Assembly: GCA_963741945.1 (NCBI GenBank)
Contig: CAVUKA010000003.1
Location: forward strand, 288,001 to 352,000
Reading direction: 5' to 3'
DNA: 64,000 nucleotides
Origin: an uncultured Gemmatimonadales bacterium
Lineage (GTDB): Bacteria; Gemmatimonadota; Gemmatimonadetes; Longimicrobiales; RSA9
Part shown: positions 38,634 through 47,935 of the stretch, piece after piece
Position numbering within the stretch: position 1 is the first letter of the stretch
Layout of the letters: the number at the start of each line of letters is the position of its first letter
The notes under the pieces: generated by a model
Told to the model about the DNA's origin: nothing
Seen by the model: only the letters and a program-made list of their open reading frames with translations
The model's database searches: none
Program-made: the position numbers and the translations under genes

Positions 38634-39923
38634 ATGAAGATCCTCCTCGTCGGCAACGGCGGCCGTGAGCACGCCCTCCTCTGGAAGCTGCACCAGGACG
38701 CGCCTTCCGCCGATTTCTTCATCACGCGCGGGAATGGCGGCACCCACGCCCTGGCCAAGGACGTGTCGATCGACCCCGCGGACATCGCCGGAATCGCCGC
38801 CTGGGCCGACAGCGAGGACATGGACCTCGTGGTGATCGGCCCCGAAGGCCCCCTCGCCGACGGGCTCGCCGACGCGCTCCGGCAGCGGGGCGTCGCCGCA
38901 TTCGGGCCCGGCAGAGGCGCCGCCCAGATCGAGGCGTCCAAAGCTTTCGCGAAGGACGTGATGCGCGCCGCCCGCGTGCCCACTGCAGGGTTCGCCGTCT
39001 TCTCCGACCCGGAGCGTGCCCGCGAGTACATCCGGCAGCGCGGTGCGCCCATCGTCGTGAAAGCTTCCGGGCTCGCCGCGGGCAAGGGCGCCATCGTGTG
39101 CGAGAGCACGGACGAGGCCACCCAGGCGGTGGCCGCCATGCTGGAAGAGGACCGGTTCGGAAGCGCGGGTCGCGAGGTGGTGGTGGAGGAATGCATGACC
39201 GGGGAGGAGCTCAGCGTGTTCGCGCTCACGGACGGCCAGGACGTGGTGGTCATGACGCCGTCGCAGGACCACAAGCGCGCGGGCGAGGGGGACACGGGAC
39301 CGAACACGGGTGGCATGGGAGCATACGCGCCCGTCTCCATCGCCACCGACGAGTTGATGGACCGGGTCACCGACGAGATCCTGCTCCCCACGCTCCACCA
39401 GCTCCGGCAGCGGGACCGCGCGTTCCGCGGGCTCCTGTACGCGGGGCTCATGCTCACCGACGAGGGCCCGAAGGTGGTGGAGTTCAACGCCCGCTTCGGT
39501 GATCCGGAGACGCAGGCGGTCCTCCCGCTCATGAGCTCCTCCCTCCTCGATGCCCTCCAGACCATCGCCCGCGGGAGCCGTGTCCGGGACGTCGAAGCGA
39601 TCTGGAAGCCGGCCGCCGCCGTCACCACCGTCCTGGCATCGGCGGGGTACCCCGGTCCCTACGAGAAAGGCCTCGAGATCCGGATCCCTGAAGCGCTCCG
39701 CGAAAACCCGGATGTGCTGCTGTTCCACGCGGGAACAGCCCGGAAGGACGGACGACTGGTCACGGACGGCGGGCGGGTGCTGGCCGTGACCGCGCTCGGT
39801 CCCGACCTCGCCGCTGCGGCCGAGCGCAGCCGCGACGCGGCGGCGAGCATCACGTTCGAGGGCGCCCACTTCCGCCGCGACATCGGCTGGCGTGAGCTGG
39901 AGCGCGTCGCGGGCAGGCCCTGA
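38634..39923 (+). CDS. purD: phosphoribosylamine--glycine ligase
   Basis: GNGGREHAL, GLAAGKG, QDHKR, GPNTGGMGAY, EFNARFGDPE. Confidence 0.98.
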   Translation: MKILLVGNGGREHALLWKLHQDAPSADFFITRGNGGTHALAKDVSIDPADIAGIAAWADSEDMDLVVIGPEGPLADGLADALRQRGVAAFGPGRGAAQIEASKAFAKDVMRAARVPTAGFAVFSDPERAREYIRQRGAPIVVKASGLAAGKGAIVCESTDEATQAVAAMLEEDRFGSAGREVVVEECMTGEELSVFALTDGQDVVVMTPSQDHKRAGEGDTGPNTGGMGAYAPVSIATDELMDRVTDEILLPTLHQLRQRDRAFRGLLYAGLMLTDEGPKVVEFNARFGDPETQAVLPLMSSSLLDALQTIARGSRVRDVEAIWKPAAAVTTVLASAGYPGPYEKGLEIRIPEALRENPDVLLFHAGTARKDGRLVTDGGRVLAVTALGPDLAAAAERSRDAAASITFEGAHFRRDIGWRELERVAGRP

Positions 39924-39939
39924 ACGACCGCGCCTCCCG

Positions 39940-40758
39940 ATGCCGGAGCTCCCCGAGGCCGAGACCATCGCCCGCGACCTGGATCCCCGCCTTGCGCGCG
40001 CCCGGATCCGGGCCGTGGACATCACCCACCCCGATGTCGTTGCGGGAGACCCCGACGCGTTCGCGCGGGGCGTGGCCGGGAAGGTCGTCGCAGCGGTAGG
40101 ACGACGGGGAAAGAACGTCGTCCTCAGGTTCGAGGACTCGGGACGCCTCGTTGTCAACCTGGGCATGACAGGGCGGCTCGTTCTCAGCGACTCTCCCCGC
40201 GCTTCCGAAGTCCGCCACGTGGCCGTCACCTTCGCGCTCGAGGACGGCCGCAAGCTCCTCTACGACGATACGCGCCGGTTCGGCCTCCTCGAGCTCTTCA
40301 GCCCCGAAGGGTGGCGGAACCGCGACGCCGAGCTCGGACTCGAGCCACTTTCCCCGGCGTTCACCGGCGACGCACTCTGGAGTCTCACTCGTCGCTCGCG
40401 AACCCCGATCCGCAACTTCCTCCTCGACCAGTACCGCGTGGCCGGAATCGGCAACATCTACGCCCTCGAAGCGCTGTTCCGCGCCGCGATCCGTCCCACC
40501 CGCCGCGCCCATCGCCTCACCCGCGTCCAGGCGCACCGGCTCCGGGATTCCCTCGTGGCGGTGCTCGGCGAGGCCATCCGCCACAGGGGCACCACCTTCT
40601 CCGACTATCGCGATGCTTCCGGCGAGGAGGGCGCGTTCCAGCCGCTGCTCCAGGTCTACGCCCGCGAGGGCGAGCCCTGCCCTCGCTGTGGCTCGCCGAT
40701 CAAGCGCCGGGTCCTCGCCCACCGCAGCGTCTTCTACTGCCCCGGATGTCAGAGCTGA
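39940..40758 (+). CDS. mutM: formamidopyrimidine-DNA glycosylase
   Basis: MPELPE, RRGK, LGMTG, AGIGNIY, C-terminal CPRC..CPGCQ zinc finger. Confidence 0.97.
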   Translation: MPELPEAETIARDLDPRLARARIRAVDITHPDVVAGDPDAFARGVAGKVVAAVGRRGKNVVLRFEDSGRLVVNLGMTGRLVLSDSPRASEVRHVAVTFALEDGRKLLYDDTRRFGLLELFSPEGWRNRDAELGLEPLSPAFTGDALWSLTRRSRTPIRNFLLDQYRVAGIGNIYALEALFRAAIRPTRRAHRLTRVQAHRLRDSLVAVLGEAIRHRGTTFSDYRDASGEEGAFQPLLQVYAREGEPCPRCGSPIKRRVLAHRSVFYCPGCQS

Positions 40759-40772
40759 CCCGGCGGGGCGTC

Positions 40773-40802
40773 TTGCCGAACAAACCCCGAACCTATCACA
40801 TT
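40773..40802 (+). promoter_or_regulatory. promoter of the Cho-like gene overlapped by a GAAC-N7-GAAC box
   Basis: TTGCCG-N18-CACATT; CCGAACAAACCCCGAAC at 40776-40792. Confidence 0.65.
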
Positions 40803-40808
40803 CCCTCC

Positions 40809-41927
40809 ATGCACGACATCCCCGACTCCCCGCCGCCCGCACCCCGCCGGCCGCTCGTCGCGCCGGCCTCCGGAGATGCGGCGGCCAGGCGGGCGCATCT
40901 GCGGGAGCACGTTCGCGCCGGCGCGGAGAACCGTCCCGGGGTCTACCGCATGCTCGGGCCTGGGGAGCAGGTGCTGTACGTGGGCAAGTCGATCCGGGTC
41001 CGGGGCCGCCTGCTGTCGTACTTCCGGGCGGAGCCCGGCGAGAAGGGTGCGGAGATCCTGGACCTGACGGAGCGAATCGAATGGGATGACCACCCGAGCG
41101 AGTTCGCCGCGCTGCTGCGGGAGTTCCGCCAGATCCGTCGTCTGCGGCCGCCATTCAACGTCCAGCACAAGAAGGAGCGGGCGGTGTGCTTCATCCGGAT
41201 CCCGCGGGAGCCGGTACCGAGGGTGGTGGTGACCACGCGCCCCCTGGACGACGGGTCCGAGTATCACGGGCCCCTGCTCGGCGCCGCCCGGGTCCGTATG
41301 GCAGTGCGGGTGCTGGTGGACGCGCTTCAGCTCCGGGATTGTCCGGCGACGACGCCGCTGCGGCTGGCGGACCAGGCCGACCTCTTCGGGGCCTCCTACA
41401 ACCCGCTGTGCGCGCGAGCGGAGTTCGAGCGGTGCCTGGCGCCGTGCGCGGCGGGGTGTACGGAGGGCGGGTACGCCGCGCGGCTGAATGTCGCGCGGCG
41501 CTTCCTTCGCGGGGAGACGGATGAGCCGCTGAATCGGCTGCGCGCGCAGCTTCGTGTGGCGGCAGAGCGGTGGCTCTTCGAGTACGCGGCGGTGGTGGCG
41601 GAGCGGATCGAGCTGCTCTCGGGTGTTCGGTCTTCGCTGCTCCAGACGGAGCGTGCGCTGACCCGTCTCACGGCGCTCTATCCAGTGACGGGACACGCGG
41701 GCGAGGACCGGGTGTACGTGCTGCAGCGCGGCCTGGTCCGGGCCGAGCTGCCGGTCCCGGCGGACGAGCGTGGGCGAACGGCGATCCGCCGCCAGGCCGA
41801 CCGCCTCCTCTCCTCCCCCGTCCCCGCGCCAGCGAGAATCGGTAGCGACGGCGTGGCCGAGTCGCTTCTGGTGGAGCGCTGGTTCCGTCGCAATCCGGGT
41901 GAGCGGGAGCGGCTGCGGGCGAGCTGA
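40809..41927 (+). CDS. UvrC N-terminal homolog (Cho-like GIY-YIG nuclease with UVR domain)
   Basis: PGVYRM..LYVGKS..R.RL.SYF, P.FN, Cys cluster (C..C..CLAPC), FEYAA UVR motif; lacks RNase H-like and HhH domains. Confidence 0.88.
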   Translation: MHDIPDSPPPAPRRPLVAPASGDAAARRAHLREHVRAGAENRPGVYRMLGPGEQVLYVGKSIRVRGRLLSYFRAEPGEKGAEILDLTERIEWDDHPSEFAALLREFRQIRRLRPPFNVQHKKERAVCFIRIPREPVPRVVVTTRPLDDGSEYHGPLLGAARVRMAVRVLVDALQLRDCPATTPLRLADQADLFGASYNPLCARAEFERCLAPCAAGCTEGGYAARLNVARRFLRGETDEPLNRLRAQLRVAAERWLFEYAAVVAERIELLSGVRSSLLQTERALTRLTALYPVTGHAGEDRVYVLQRGLVRAELPVPADERGRTAIRRQADRLLSSPVPAPARIGSDGVAESLLVERWFRRNPGERERLRAS

Positions 41928-42007
41928 AGCAGCCCCGGGAGCCGGACCGGCTGCGGCCGACCCGGGGCGTGCCGAGGGGTACGCGCCTTGCACGGAAAGG
42001 GCCCACC

Positions 42008-42463
42008 ATGACTGCCCAGAACCGATCCGACCCGCCAGGTGGCACCCTCGACCAGCGCCTGCACCGCCTCATCGACGCCGTGGACGGGCTCGGCGCGGGC
42101 GAGGAGGAGCGCCGCGAGCAGCTGGTCGAGCGCGCCGAAGGGCGGGGCCTCAGCCGCACCACCGCGGAGCAGGCCTACGACATCTCCCGCGAAGAACGGC
42201 TGGAGCCTGCGCTCGGGATGGCCGTGGTGGCGGAGGGATTGAGCGTGCGTCTGCTCGACGAAGCGGGAGCGGACGTGGCGACGACGGAATCCTCCGAGCC
42301 GGAGTGGCTGGACGACCCGCCGGACCCCGCCCGCGCGGCCCGCGAGCGGCGGCTGCGCACGACGTTCCGACGACTGCGGTCGCTCATGGACGGTGACTGT
42401 GACGCGCGCGAAGCTGTGCGCGCATTCGCCCGCCAGCCGGACCTGGAGCAGTACGACTACTGA
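42008..42463 (+). CDS. hypothetical protein
   Basis: ATG with GAAAGG SD; acidic, helical; GC3 bias. Confidence 0.75.
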   Translation: MTAQNRSDPPGGTLDQRLHRLIDAVDGLGAGEEERREQLVERAEGRGLSRTTAEQAYDISREERLEPALGMAVVAEGLSVRLLDEAGADVATTESSEPEWLDDPPDPARAARERRLRTTFRRLRSLMDGDCDAREAVRAFARQPDLEQYDY

Positions 42464-42927
42464 GCCAGCGCGAGCATCTGCACGTCCGCCCGCTCACCCA
42501 GCACCAGCAGTGCAACGGAGGGCGCGAGTCCGAAGCGCGCCGCGCCCGCCGAGCCCGGATTCACGATGAGCGCGCCGCCGTGCTCTGCCACCAGCGGGCG
42601 ATGGGTGTGGCCGTAAACGATGATGTCCGCGTCCGGGCACGCCTCGCGCAGGGACTCCGGCCTCGGGGAGCCCAGCTGATGGCCGTGCAGCAGCACCAGC
42701 GTCCGGCCGGCCAGCTCCAGGCGGACCCTCTCTGAAACGTGCTGGCGTACGTCGAGCCGATCCGTGTTGCCCCACACGGCCGTGACGGGCGCGACCGCTT
42801 CCAGCTCGGTCAGCAGGTCGAGCGGGCCGATGTCTCCGGCATGGAGGATCCGCTCGACGCCCTCGAACAGCGCGAATACCTCGTTGCGCAGCCTGCCATG
42901 TGTATCGCTGATCAGCCCGATCCTCAT
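42457..42927 (-). CDS. YfcE/MJ0936-family metallophosphoesterase
   Basis: ISDTHG, HAGD, GNTD, HGH, GHTH, NPGS. Confidence 0.93.
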   Translation of the reverse strand: MRIGLISDTHGRLRNEVFALFEGVERILHAGDIGPLDLLTELEAVAPVTAVWGNTDRLDVRQHVSERVRLELAGRTLVLLHGHQLGSPRPESLREACPDADIIVYGHTHRPLVAEHGGALIVNPGSAGAARFGLAPSVALLVLGERADVQMLALAQ

Positions 42928-43311
42928 CCGTCCACCCCCCCTGCTCGCGCCACCGGAACCCCGAAAGGGACAGCACGAAACTGGCCATGTAGGAGAAGAA
43001 CACGCCGGACAGCATCCACGTGGGGCCTCTCCCATGAATGCGCCGGAAGGTCCGCATGTTGCGCTTCCCCGCCAATGGAAGCCAGACCGCATGACCGAAA
43101 GGCCCGCCATACGCGACACGTTCCGCCGCCGATCGGCCACGGACACGTCCACGCCCGGGAACCCGCTCGCCTGAGCTCCACCCGGTCGGCGGCGGAGGCG
43201 AGCGCCGCCGCGCGTCGCGCGGGCGCGTGTTCCGGCATAGAATAGAGGTTTCCAATCGGCCCGCCGGCGCCCGGCGAACGCGGCGCTGGCGAGCGCCCCG
43301 CTTCAACCTGG

Positions 43312-43338
43312 CGAAACCTGTCCGGCGACGCAGCCGTA
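43312..43338 (+). promoter_or_regulatory. ECF (SigW-type) autoregulatory promoter
   Basis: CGAAAC-N17-CGTA upstream of the sigma gene. Confidence 0.7.
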
Positions 43339-43374
43339 CCGTTCTCCGGGCCCGGACCCGCTCAACCGCGGTAG

Positions 43375-43968
43375 ATGGTGGAATACGCGCAACTCAGCGA
43401 CCAGGACGTCATCGAGCACGCCCGCAAGGGGCGTGAATCTGCGTTCAGGGAGTTGATCCGTCGCTATGAGCGGCCCGTCTTCAGCGTGATCTACCGGATG
43501 GTTCGGGACCGGGAGCTCTCGGAAGACCTGGCGCAGGACACGTTCATCAAAGTCCTGAACGCGCTCGACCGCTACGACCCGTCGTACAAGTTCAGCTCGT
43601 GGATCTTCAAGATCGCGCACAACACCACCATCGATCACATCCGGAAGAAGACGCCGGAGACGCTCTCCCTGGAAGGATCGCCGCACGCGCGAACGCCCGA
43701 GCAGATGGAGGCCACATCGTTCACGGCCGTGGACCACGCGGAGGACCCGGAACAATACGCGCAGAGCCAGGAAGTGGGGGCGGAGATCGAAGCGGCGATC
43801 GCGCAGCTGAGGCCGGAGTACCGGGAAGCGATCCTGCTGTGGCATGTCGAGGGTCGTGCGTACGACGAGATCGCGGAAATCATGGATCTGCCACTCGGCA
43901 CCGTGAAGACCTACATACATCGCGGGCGCAACGAGTTGCGCAAGAAGCTGGAACATCTGCGAAGCTGA
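43375..43968 (+). CDS. ECF sigma factor (SigW/RpoE-like)
   Basis: SEDLAQDTF, FSSWIFKIA.N, YDEIAE...GTVKT.IHR. Confidence 0.96.
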   Translation: MVEYAQLSDQDVIEHARKGRESAFRELIRRYERPVFSVIYRMVRDRELSEDLAQDTFIKVLNALDRYDPSYKFSSWIFKIAHNTTIDHIRKKTPETLSLEGSPHARTPEQMEATSFTAVDHAEDPEQYAQSQEVGAEIEAAIAQLRPEYREAILLWHVEGRAYDEIAEIMDLPLGTVKTYIHRGRNELRKKLEHLRS

Positions 43969-43992
43969 AACTCTCGGCCGGCCACGGTCGTA
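43966..43992 (+). promoter_or_regulatory. second ECF promoter overlapping the sigma stop codon
   Basis: TGAAAC-N17-CGTA. Confidence 0.7.
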
Positions 43993-44029
43993 GGGAGCAC
44001 CGGAGACGAGAAGTCATGGAGAAGAGAGC

Positions 44030-44674
44030 GTGACGGAGAACCTTACTCACCCGACGCCCGAGCGGCTCGAAGCCCTGGTCGAGGAGACCCTCGACCCGGG
44101 TGATCGCGCGGCGCTCGAGATGCATGTAGCCACGTGCGCCCGGTGCAGTGTCGAGGTGGACGAGCTGCGGTCGCTGTTCGCGGCGCTGGGGGCTCTCCCG
44201 GAGATGGCGCCTTCCGCCCGATTCGCCGACCGCGTCATGACGCGCGTCCGGGTCCGCCGGCCCGCGCTCGCCTGGGCGAACGCCTGGATCGAACGGATCA
44301 CGCCCCAAAGCACACGCGGCTGGGCCGCCGCTACGGCGGTCTTCGCCCTCCCGGTGCTCGGAGCCTCCCTGCTCGTGCTGTGGCTCATGGCGCAGCCGGG
44401 CGTGAGTGCGCAGGGGCTGTTGACGGTGACCTCCAACCTGGTGGGCAGCGCGGCGTCCAGTGCGTGGCAGTGGACCTGGATTCGGCTCGCCGGGTCCGGC
44501 ATCGCGGCCACGGCCATCGAGCTCTTCCAGTTCGTGGCCTCCGTAGGACGTGGCGAGATCGGCCTCGCCATGGTGATGTTCGCGACTCTGACCATCGGCT
44601 CCATCTACGTCCTGTACCAGAACCTGTTCCGCACGACACCGCGGAGAAGCCAACATGCGTCGTACGTTTTCTGA
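44030..44674 (+). CDS. zinc-binding anti-sigma factor (zf-HC2) with TM segments
   Basis: HVATCARC (HxxxCxxC); hydrophobic C-terminal half; follows the ECF sigma. Confidence 0.9.
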   Translation: MTENLTHPTPERLEALVEETLDPGDRAALEMHVATCARCSVEVDELRSLFAALGALPEMAPSARFADRVMTRVRVRRPALAWANAWIERITPQSTRGWAAATAVFALPVLGASLLVLWLMAQPGVSAQGLLTVTSNLVGSAASSAWQWTWIRLAGSGIAATAIELFQFVASVGRGEIGLAMVMFATLTIGSIYVLYQNLFRTTPRRSQHASYVF

Positions 44675-46004
44675 ACCGCTGATCCCGGCCCTGCTGGGTG
44701 CGGCCCTGATGGCCGGACCGGCGAGGGCGCAGGAGCCCGAGCGTCCGGCATCGGATCTGGCCTCGAGCAACATCTCGGTCTCGCGTGAGTCGGCGCAGCT
44801 CCGGCTCGAGCTGAAGGGCGGACGGGAGATGGTGCTGGAGCTGGGACCGGAGGGACAGGTCCTGGTGAATGGCGACCGGATCGGGAGCTACGAGCGCCGC
44901 GATGCGCTCGACCGCTCGTGGCGAGAGCTCCTGCAGAAGGCCATGGAAGCTCCCACGGCGACGATCCCGGAGATGCTGGTCGCCTGGAGCCCGCCGGACG
45001 AGTCCGGCGGGGTGGGCCGCCGCCTGGACCGGGAGCTGGAAGGCGCACTGACCGGGACTCCCGCGGGCGCGGCCGCGCCGGCCGCTGCGGGGCCGAGCGG
45101 GGCGGCGGCGGGAGAGGGGACACCGGCCACGGTCCAGAACCCGTCGGCCCCGGCGGACGCCGAGGACAGCATCCGACACCTCAACGAGCGACTGCAGAAG
45201 CTCGAGCAGGTGCTGGAGGACCCGAGCGCGGCCGACCGGGTTGGCGAGATCGAGAACCTGGACATTCCAGCGCTGAAGAACCTGCGACGTGACCTGGAGC
45301 GTCAGATCCGGGCCCAGGTCCAGGCGGAAATGCGCGGGGACATGGCGAGCGACCACGACTGGATGTCCTACTGGACGTCGCCGTGGCGCCGGATCACGCG
45401 GGGGATCGGTGCGATTTTCTCCACGCTCATGGTCTATGCGATCATGGTGGGGATGGGGTTCCTGACGGTGTATTTCGGCCGGAAGTACCTGGAGACGATC
45501 GCGGACACGGCCCGGACGCAGACGCTGCGGTCCGGACTGGTGGGACTCGCGGGCTCCTTCCTGGTGCTGCCCGCCTATATCCTGGGTCTGCTGGTGCTGG
45601 CGGTCTCGATCGTGGGAATCCCGCTGCTGCTCGTGTTCGCTCCACTCTTCCCGGTGGCCGTGGTGCTGGCCGCCATGGGCGGGTACCTGGGCGTGGCGCA
45701 TGCGGCGGGCGAGGCGCTGGCGGAGCGGAGGTTCTCGGGGAGCGAATGGTTCACTCGCGCCAATTCCTATTACTACATGCTCAGCGGCATCGGCCTGCTG
45801 CTGGTGCTCTATATCGCCGCGCAGATCGTGAGCATGGCCGGACCGTGGCTCGGATTCCTGGAAGGGCTGCTGAAGTTCCTGGCGATCGTGCTGACCTGGG
45901 CCGCGTTCACCGTGGGGTTCGGCGCGTTCCTGATCTCGCGGGCGGGCACCCGCGGGGGCAATGGAGATCTGGCGGCCGGTCTGGAGGAGGAGGCTCATGT
46001 TTGA
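44655..46004 (+). CDS. exported protein with a C-terminal multi-TM domain
   Basis: Signal peptide (ARA-Q), coiled-coil region, about 5-6 TM helices. Confidence 0.85.
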   Translation: MRRTFSEPLIPALLGAALMAGPARAQEPERPASDLASSNISVSRESAQLRLELKGGREMVLELGPEGQVLVNGDRIGSYERRDALDRSWRELLQKAMEAPTATIPEMLVAWSPPDESGGVGRRLDRELEGALTGTPAGAAAPAAAGPSGAAAGEGTPATVQNPSAPADAEDSIRHLNERLQKLEQVLEDPSAADRVGEIENLDIPALKNLRRDLERQIRAQVQAEMRGDMASDHDWMSYWTSPWRRITRGIGAIFSTLMVYAIMVGMGFLTVYFGRKYLETIADTARTQTLRSGLVGLAGSFLVLPAYILGLLVLAVSIVGIPLLLVFAPLFPVAVVLAAMGGYLGVAHAAGEALAERRFSGSEWFTRANSYYYMLSGIGLLLVLYIAAQIVSMAGPWLGFLEGLLKFLAIVLTWAAFTVGFGAFLISRAGTRGGNGDLAAGLEEEAHV

Positions 46005-46875
46005 CCACTGGCAGACGGCTGGAGGTCTGACGGCCGGACTGGCGCTGGCGCTGACGCTGGCGCCCGCTCCGGCACGGGGCCAGGACTGGCGCAACGTGTC
46101 CTCGTTCCGCGAGCGGGGGCCCGAATCCGAGATGAAGGTGAAAGTGCAGTACGGCGCGGGGCGGCTCGGCATCCGGCCGGCGAAGGGTGGGGAGCTGTAC
46201 CGCGTGGACATCCGCTACGACTCGGACCTGTTCGATCCGATCACGAAGTACGGCCCCGGCAGCCTGGAAGTGGGCGTGGAAGGCACGGGCCGGGGCGTGA
46301 GGCTGAAGAACCACAAGGGCGGAGAGATGAACCTGACTCTTTCGCCCGACGTTCCGCTGACCCTGAACCTCGATTTCGGTGCGGTGGAAGCGAAGCTGGA
46401 CCTGGGCGGCCTGCAGATCCGGGCGCTGGACATCGAGACGGGAGCGAGCGATACGGAGCTGGGCTTCTCGACCCCAAACCCGGTCCAATGCAGCACGCTT
46501 TCGATCCAGATGGGAGCGGCCGCGTTCACGGCGGACAAGCTCGCCAACTCCAATTGCCGGAACGTGGACGTGGAAGGCGGCGTGGGTGACGTGAAACTGG
46601 ACTTCACTGGCGCGTGGCAGCACGACATGAACGCCGACATCACGCTGGCGCTGGGCTCCATGACGTTCGTGGTACCGGAGGACGTGGGCGTCCAGGTGGA
46701 GAAGGACACGTTCCTGACGGGCTTCGACAGCGAAGGGTTCATGAAGACGGGTGGGGTGTATCAGTCGAGGAACTGGGATTCCGCGCGCCGGCGCCTGATG
46801 GTGAAGCTGGAAGGCGCCTTCGGATCGGTGGATGTCCGCTGGGCGAGCCCGGCGGGCGACGTCGCCACCCCGTAG
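45997..46875 (+). CDS. exported beta-rich (toast-rack / LiaF-LiaG-like) protein
   Basis: Signal peptide; repeated G-A/V-x-x-x-L-D-L/F units. Confidence 0.8.
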   Translation: MFDHWQTAGGLTAGLALALTLAPAPARGQDWRNVSSFRERGPESEMKVKVQYGAGRLGIRPAKGGELYRVDIRYDSDLFDPITKYGPGSLEVGVEGTGRGVRLKNHKGGEMNLTLSPDVPLTLNLDFGAVEAKLDLGGLQIRALDIETGASDTELGFSTPNPVQCSTLSIQMGAAAFTADKLANSNCRNVDVEGGVGDVKLDFTGAWQHDMNADITLALGSMTFVVPEDVGVQVEKDTFLTGFDSEGFMKTGGVYQSRNWDSARRRLMVKLEGAFGSVDVRWASPAGDVATP

Positions 46876-46905
46876 CGCTCAACACGGATCGAAGGAGGAG
46901 GAAGG

Positions 46906-47133
46906 ATGCTGGCGACCCTGTTGTCGTTCCTGATCGTGGGGATCCTTGCCGTGCTGGTCATCGGCGTGGTCCTGGCCATCGTGGGCGCGGTCCTGGGACT
47001 GGCGTTCTCGCTGGTTGGAGTCCTGCTTTTCAAGGTGGCCCCGCTCCTGCTGGTGGGCTACCTGGTGTTCCGGCTGTTCTCGCCGCGCAAGCCGCGACTG
47101 TCGAAGGCGGATCGCGAGTGGCTGGAGAGCTGA
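46906..47133 (+). CDS. small membrane protein (LiaI-like)
   Basis: AGGAGG SD; 2 TM helices plus a basic tail. Confidence 0.82.
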   Translation: MLATLLSFLIVGILAVLVIGVVLAIVGAVLGLAFSLVGVLLFKVAPLLLVGYLVFRLFSPRKPRLSKADREWLES

Positions 47134-47139
47134 ACGGCC

Positions 47140-47922
47140 TCAGTCGTCGGATCCCGAGCGGACAGTGACGCGCGCGCCGCGGCCGGCCTCGAGCCGGGCC
47201 GCGGCGCTGCCGTTCCGGACGGAGACCTCCAGAAGTCCCAGCGACCCCACCAGCGCGACCGGCTCCCCGCGCGCCACATCTCCGTAAGTCCGACGGAGAG
47301 GTCCGACCTCGTGAGCGCCCACCCGAACCCGTACGCCAGGCGACAGCCACGCGGCGGGGATGTCGGTGATCAGATTGCCGAACGCATCGGCGTGCATCAC
47401 CTGCCCCTCGATCCTGCTCCCGTCCCGGCGAGGCTCGGTCACCGTCAGCAGTACGGGGTCGTGCACGGGGTCGCCGAGCTCCTCCAGCGGCTCGCCGGCA
47501 GCGATACGACCGGCGGCCGGGGCGAACACATCCCGCCCGTGGAACGTGGCCGACACCTGCCCGGCAGGACCGCGTGGGGGCGTGGGCAGGCTGACGATGC
47601 GGACGTGGGTGGCGCCACGAAGCACGAACGTGAGCACGCCATTGTCCGGGGCGACGTAGTAGTGGCCATCGATACGGGCGGCAATGGCCCGTCGCTCCGT
47701 GCCGACGCCGGGGTCCACCACGACCACGTGGACGGAGCCCTCCGGGTACAGGGCGGCGTAGCGTGAGAGGGCGAGGGCGGCGGCGAAGACGTCGCCCTGG
47801 GAAATGTCGTGGGATGCGAGATCGATCACGGCGGACGGCGCGGCCGTGGCGATGACACCGCTCATCGCCGCGGCATAGCCGTCGGCCGTGCCGAAGTCCG
47901 TGAGGAGCGTCAGGCGGATCAC
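47140..47922 (-). CDS. SAM hydroxide adenosyltransferase (DUF62 family)
   Basis: LLTDFG, VVDPGVGT.RR, PDNG, TFHGRDVF, D.FGN. Confidence 0.92.
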   Translation of the reverse strand: MIRLTLLTDFGTADGYAAAMSGVIATAAPSAVIDLASHDISQGDVFAAALALSRYAALYPEGSVHVVVVDPGVGTERRAIAARIDGHYYVAPDNGVLTFVLRGATHVRIVSLPTPPRGPAGQVSATFHGRDVFAPAAGRIAAGEPLEELGDPVHDPVLLTVTEPRRDGSRIEGQVMHADAFGNLITDIPAAWLSPGVRVRVGAHEVGPLRRTYGDVARGEPVALVGSLGLLEVSVRNGSAAARLEAGRGARVTVRSGSDD

Positions 47923-47935
47923 GGATGCGACAGCG

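Noticed and set aside
42928-43310. ncRNA or small ORF in the 380-bp spacer between the phosphoesterase and the sigma gene
   Set aside because: No recognisable riboswitch, structure or well-supported ORF; cannot be supported without an Rfam search.
47140-47922. Fluorinase/chlorinase
   Set aside because: It keeps the Asp-Arg-His signature (DPGVGT.R, TFHGRD) of SAM hydroxide adenosyltransferases.
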